From Macrostomum lignano (taxonomy: Eukaryota): a DNA stretch of 26,330 bases. Below are positions 22,887 to 26,330 of this stretch, in pieces. Made by a program: the position numbers and the translations under genes. Where the stretch lies: assembly GCA_002269645.1 (NCBI GenBank), contig NIVC01005098.1, positions 1-26,330 on the forward strand. Reading direction: 5' to 3'. Numbering within the stretch: position 1 is the first letter of the stretch; every line of letters begins with the position of its first letter. The notes under the pieces were generated by a model, which did not search any database, was not told the origin of the DNA, and was given only the letters and a program-made list of their open reading frames with translations.

Positions 22887-23393
22887 CCGCGGGCTTTGTG
22901 CCCCAGTAGCAATAGTTTCAGGTTCGTAAATACCTAATGTATCTATAGGTGGAGCTTTGGGTTTATCGAGTCTCAACTCTTTTAATTCCATATCGGTAAA
23001 AGTTTCAACATCTAAAATTCTATTTCTATCTTTTAAATATTTTTCATATAATTCAACCGCGGTTGATAATTCATGAATCGTTATCTCTCCGTCATCCAAT
23101 ATTTTTTGCACATATAAATATAATTGATTTTTATATTGTTTTGCAACATCTCTTAAAGATTTATATTTTTCCTTTCTTTTTTTAAGATATAATTTAATTG
23201 CTAAAAGTATTGATAAGTTCCTGATCAATTCAAAACCTGATATTGAGCCAATTGAAATACCTAAAAATAATTGAGATAAATTAAGAGTTGGAATAGATTG
23301 TAAAATACCTAAAACGATTACACATAACATTGATAAGCTTCCAAATCCAATATTGAAAAAGTCACTGATGAAAATTACAAACTTATTATCACC
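22854..23393 (-). pseudogene. GasderminX-like Polinton membrane protein, apparently 5'-truncated
   Basis: Hydrophobic hairpin, then KKRKEKY..LA and QKILDDGEITIHELSTAVELYEKY, resembling the Polinton ALxDGxISxEEF motif. The frame extends past ATG 23330 (SDFFNIGFGSLS) to a stop at 23394-23396 with no upstream start. Confidence 0.55.
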
Positions 23394-23819
23394 TCACGAA
23401 ATAGAATAAATCAACTATTAAAATCAAATAATGCTCGAAAAAATAATCATACTATTGATTACCTTGGTTGCTCAATTGAATTCTTTATTGATTGGTTAAA
23501 TTTCACAAAACATTATTATGTTCCAAAAGACTATGGTGGTGCTTTACATATTGATCATTTTATTCCTGCTTCTTCATTTAATTACAAAGACGAAGATCAT
23601 ATGAAAAAGTCTGAACATTGGACAAATAAAAGATACTTAGCTGCTATTGATAATAAAACTAAATTTGTTAAACAACCAACAATTGAAGAATTTGCAAAAC
23701 AATTGGTGCTATCATGTATTTTTAAGGCTATAAAAAATGAGCAATCATGCGACGCATGCGAACCAAAGGTTCGATCGGGCGAAGTCCGCGTTCCTTCGGA
23801 ACGATCAATTAGTATTTGA
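23337..23819 (+). pseudogene. HNH endonuclease (giant-virus/phage type), no start codon, 5'-truncated
   Basis: Open frame DENYKL..SRNRINQLLK...TIDYLGCSIEFF..WL...DYGGALHIDHFIPASSFN..DED..K..HWTN..YL...DN..K matches the LGCS...WHIDH.IP..SF...HY.NL.PL...N..K HNH family. The ORF track shows only the last 72 aa. Confidence 0.75.
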
Positions 23820-23925
23820 AGGAGGATTTTTAGATGTTCAAAAAGGATTAACAAGCTTACCACCAATATTTACTACTGGGAGGTATACGGGTGAGCTACA
23901 CCTACCATCAATGAACTTCACAGGT
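23737..23925 (+). CDS. PLA2X-integrase fusion, exon 1
   Basis: TATAAAAAATG start. Ends GELHLPSMNFTG, the first half of the parvovirus-type PLA2 Ca-binding loop (ELHLPxxNxxGPGT). Confidence 0.85.
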
Positions 23926-24228
23926 TATCCCGTGGCCTGAGTGAGGAAGGCAATGTCCTTGCTAGTCACTATTTGTGGCGACATCTCCAAATTGCGTGAA
24001 ACCCGTCATACAGCTTCAAGTACCACTTCAATTGAGAAATCTTTTGAAGGAACAGAGGTAACTCCTCTTCCCAAAGGTAAAAAGCTTGAAGACATGGTGG
24101 CAATGCGCAGCCAAGCTCCTAAGTATTTTAAATATAAGGAGAAGGTTCAGAGAGCAGACGGAGATGGGCGGTAATTATCGCCGCTTAAGGTGTGCTCCAG
24201 CCTCTTTCGAAAGATTGAGGGTAAACTA
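23926..24228 (+). ncRNA. Group I intron, subgroup IC1, 303 nt
   Basis: P/Q/R/S-like elements AAATTGCGTGAAA, AATGCGCAGCCAAG, GTTCAGAGAGCAGA, TAAGGTGTGCTCC. Pairings P1, P2, P2.1, P3, P4, P5abc, P6, P7, P8, P9.0, P9 and P10 all form. Removal restores NFTG|PGTRL in frame. Confidence 0.93.
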
Positions 24229-25377
24229 CCCGGCACTCGCTTAGATTTGAGATTAAATCCTGACAATACTCCAAAATCTGATTCAATTCCAATAAATGGG
24301 ATTGATTGGTTAGCATACTATCACGACTTAGCATATAGAGATGCTGACAAGAACCCGCCCGAGGAAGCATTAAGATTAAAACATGAAGCCGATCAAAAAA
24401 TGATTCAAGGATTAGATAACTTGCAGGGATTATCGGTAGGGCAAAGATTAACTAGGTGGATGGTTAAAAAGATTTTGCAGTCTAAAGTTAAATTTGGTTT
24501 GGGAATTAATTATAATCAACATGGAAATAATTGTGTCGAGTGTTTATTATTAAGTGGTGGTGGGTTAAGTTCTGATGAGGCAAAGATTCTTCATAAAGAA
24601 TATCGAAAACCTAAATTTTATAGAAAAATCATGAACTTCAAAAAGAATGAAATTTGGTATGCTGATTTAATGTCGATGCCGAACGAAAGAGGATATAAAT
24701 ATATCTTAACCATATTAGATGGTTTTACTCGATACGCGTGGGCTGTTCCTTTAAAATCCAAAAAGGGAGAGGAGGTTGCTGCTGCTTTTAGAAGTCTTGG
24801 AGAAAAAAGCGAAAGATTGTGTGTTGATGAAGGAAAAGAATTTTACAATCCTCATATGTATAAATTGTATCATTTTGAAAAAGGAAAAGAAAGGAAAAAA
24901 GACGCGAATGGGGAGTATATTAATAAAATTTATTCTATTTATGGAGAGAGTAAAAACGCATTAATAGAAAGATTTAATCGAACTTTAGGTAAGAAATTAT
25001 GGTTTCAGTTTAGTCTTAATGGTAACCAAAAGTGGGTAAAAATATTACCAGACGTAGTGAAAGATTATAACAATTCATATCATTCAGCTATAAAGATGAC
25101 TCCTCAACAAGCTTATAACAATCCTGAAAACGTTAAAGTTACTTTTGGAAAATTTGAAAAAAATAAAAAGAAATCTTTTAAGGTTGGTGATTCTGTTTAT
25201 ATCTATAAATGGAAAGATAAGTTTGAAAAAGGAAGAAAAGGATATTGGAAGATAAGTGAGAAATTTACTATCAGTAAAGTTTTAAATACCAATCCTACAA
25301 CCTATATAATTGCTGATAAGGACGGTGAAGAAATATTGGGTTCGTTTTATGAGAACCAACTAATATCAGCGAACTAA
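24229..25377 (+). CDS. PLA2X-integrase fusion, exon 2 (spliced product 445 aa)
   Basis: PLA2 motifs PGTRL, DWLAYYHDLAY, HEAD, KFGLG. Integrase DDE triad WYADL / VDEGKEF / IERFNRTL. C-terminal FKVGD..V..FEKG...W..E.F...Y...D..GE.I.GSFYE..L; no chromodomain. Confidence 0.93.
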   Translation, partial: PGTRLDLRLNPDNTPKSDSIPINGIDWLAYYHDLAYRDADKNPPEEALRLKHEADQKMIQGLDNLQGLSVGQRLTRWMVKKILQSKVKFGLGINYNQHGNNCVECLLLSGGGLSSDEAKILHKEYRKPKFYRKIMNFKKNEIWYADLMSMPNERGYKYILTILDGFTRYAWAVPLKSKKGEEVAAAFRSLGEKSERLCVDEGKEFYNPHMYKLYHFEKGKERKKDANGEYINKIYSIYGESKNALIERFNRTLGKKLWFQFSLNGNQKWVKILPDVVKDYNNSYHSAIKMTPQQAYNNPENVKVTFGKFEKNKKKSFKVGDSVYIYKWKDKFEKGRKGYWKISEKFTISKVLNTNPTTYIIADKDGEEILGSFYENQLISAN

Positions 25378-25387
25378 GTTCGAACAA

Positions 25388-25612
25388 TTACTTGAGACAA
25401 CATGGTAGTAAATTTTTTATAACAAACAAAAACAATATTATTACTATAATTGTTACTAATATTATTATTGACATTTGTTCAACTGTTATCAAACTTAAAT
25501 TTTCATTAAGTTCATTAATCGGCACATTTCCGATGTAGGAATAGTTTACCTTCATTTTTTTATATATATTTTTCACAATAAATGTCGTTTCTGTTATAGA
25601 ATAATAGTTCAT
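25388..25612 (-). CDS. Small membrane protein (74 aa) with C-terminal TM helix and PCC motif
   Basis: TAAAAAATG start; hydrophobic SIIILVTIIVIILFLFVI. Confidence 0.6.
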   Translation of the reverse strand: MNYYSITETTFIVKNIYKKMKVNYSYIGNVPINELNENLSLITVEQMSIIILVTIIVIILFLFVIKNLLPCCLK

Positions 25613-25628
25613 TTTTTAAATATTTTTT

Positions 25629-25942
25629 TCACATAAAAATTTCACTTTCATTCTCTGAATCACTGGTTTCATATGAACTATTTGTTGATTCGGAATCTGT
25701 TGATCTAACCTCCCAATCATCCGAATTTAAATAATCTCCAAGTTGAAATATTAACTCACCCTCTTGTTCTAAATCAACATCTCATCTAGCTCTAATGGAT
25801 AAAGTTTTAGGTCGTGCTTGTCGTCATATTTTAAATAAACTTCATCAATTATTCCATTCAAAATATGTTGTTTTATTATCTCTGCATTTTTAGCAACAGT
25901 CTCAAAAGTATCACTAACAGAAAAGGTGTAAACTCGGGTCAT
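25629..25942 (-). CDS. Acidic hypothetical protein (~104 aa) with 1-nt frameshift near 25783
   Basis: TAAAAATG start, MTRVYTFSVSDTF...YPLELDE / DVDLEQEGELIFQLGDYLNSDDWEV...SDSENESEIFM*. The two frames join with one added base. Not in the ORF track. Confidence 0.55.
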
Positions 25943-25959
25943 TTTTAGTAACAGAAAAA

Positions 25960-26263
25960 GACCCTTCGCGCCTGCGGCGCGGGCAAGGGGTTATAGAGTA
26001 GTAGTATAGAAAAAGACGCTTCTAGATCAGACCTTATTTTAATGGCCGTTTGTAAGGTCTTAAGAGGGGGGGCGCGAGGGGGGTGTTGGGGAGTGTTTGG
26101 AAGTGTTTGGAAGTGATTTTTATTGTTAGGGGTGATTATGGGTGATTAGATGTGTTAAGGGTGTTTAGATGTGTTTTTTTATTTACCCCCGTGTCCCCCT
26201 CTAGACTTAAAACGGTCATTAAAAAAGTGCTCTGGGTCTAGAAGCGTCTTTTTATATACTACT
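25960..26263 (-). repeat. Right TIR
   Basis: Reverse complement of 15496-15802. Confidence 0.95.
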
Positions 26264-26330
26264 CAGCTGGTTGGCAAGGCCTCCGCGAGCCGATTGCGAG
26301 GCTGCGTCCGCTAATTACGAAGGGAGGCTT

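Larger units (their letters stand above)
15496..26263 (+). mobile_element. Polinton/Maverick (adintovirus-like) element, 10,768 bp, capsid-less
   Basis: AGTAGTA...TACTACT termini, ~305-bp TIRs, pPolB, retroviral-type integrase, PLA2X and pX-like ORFs. Compact, AT-rich gene packing without spliceosomal introns. Confidence 0.95.

Noticed and set aside
23941-24174. 77-aa ORF inside the intron as a homing endonuclease
   Set aside because: GTG start, no nuclease motif, and it merely overlies the ribozyme core.
23926-24228. Spliceosomal intron, intein or inserted transposon as the explanation of the PLA2X break
   Set aside because: The nearby GT/AG pairs I tested produce immediate stops; in-frame stops exclude an intein; there are no TIRs or TSD; the group I fold explains the whole insert.
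24572-24612. Hammerhead-like CTGATGA...GAAA core
   Set aside because: Stem II does not close properly, no stems I/III are present, and it lies in conserved coding sequence.

Overview
Animal (invertebrate) nuclear DNA; the style resembles a flatworm such as Macrostomum, but I cannot confirm the host from sequence alone. The left part (1-15.5 kb) holds three spliced host genes. Unkempt is on the minus strand (5 exons, 3' end runs off the window), RhoGDI is on the plus strand (2 exons, complete), and the first three exons of a TMEM41A-like gene follow. Around them lie a SINE interrupted by a hAT MITE, another MITE and four minisatellites. The right part (15496-26263) is a 10.8-kb Polinton/Maverick (adintovirus-like) element with ~305-bp TIRs, inserted after TMEM41A exon 3. 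It encodes protein-primed PolB, a PLA2X-integrase fusion, pX-like and GasderminX-like membrane-active proteins, an HNH nuclease and orphans. It has no ORF large enough, or with the right motifs, for a capsid, packaging ATPase or protease. Main finding: the PLA2X-integrase gene is interrupted at 23926-24228 by a 303-nt group I intron of subgroup IC1. Helices P1-P10 including P5abc can be paired by eye, several with compensatory changes, and the intron apparently ends in omega-A instead of omega-G. A free-standing HNH nuclease sits immediately upstream. Each TIR also contains an internal inverted copy of the terminus.
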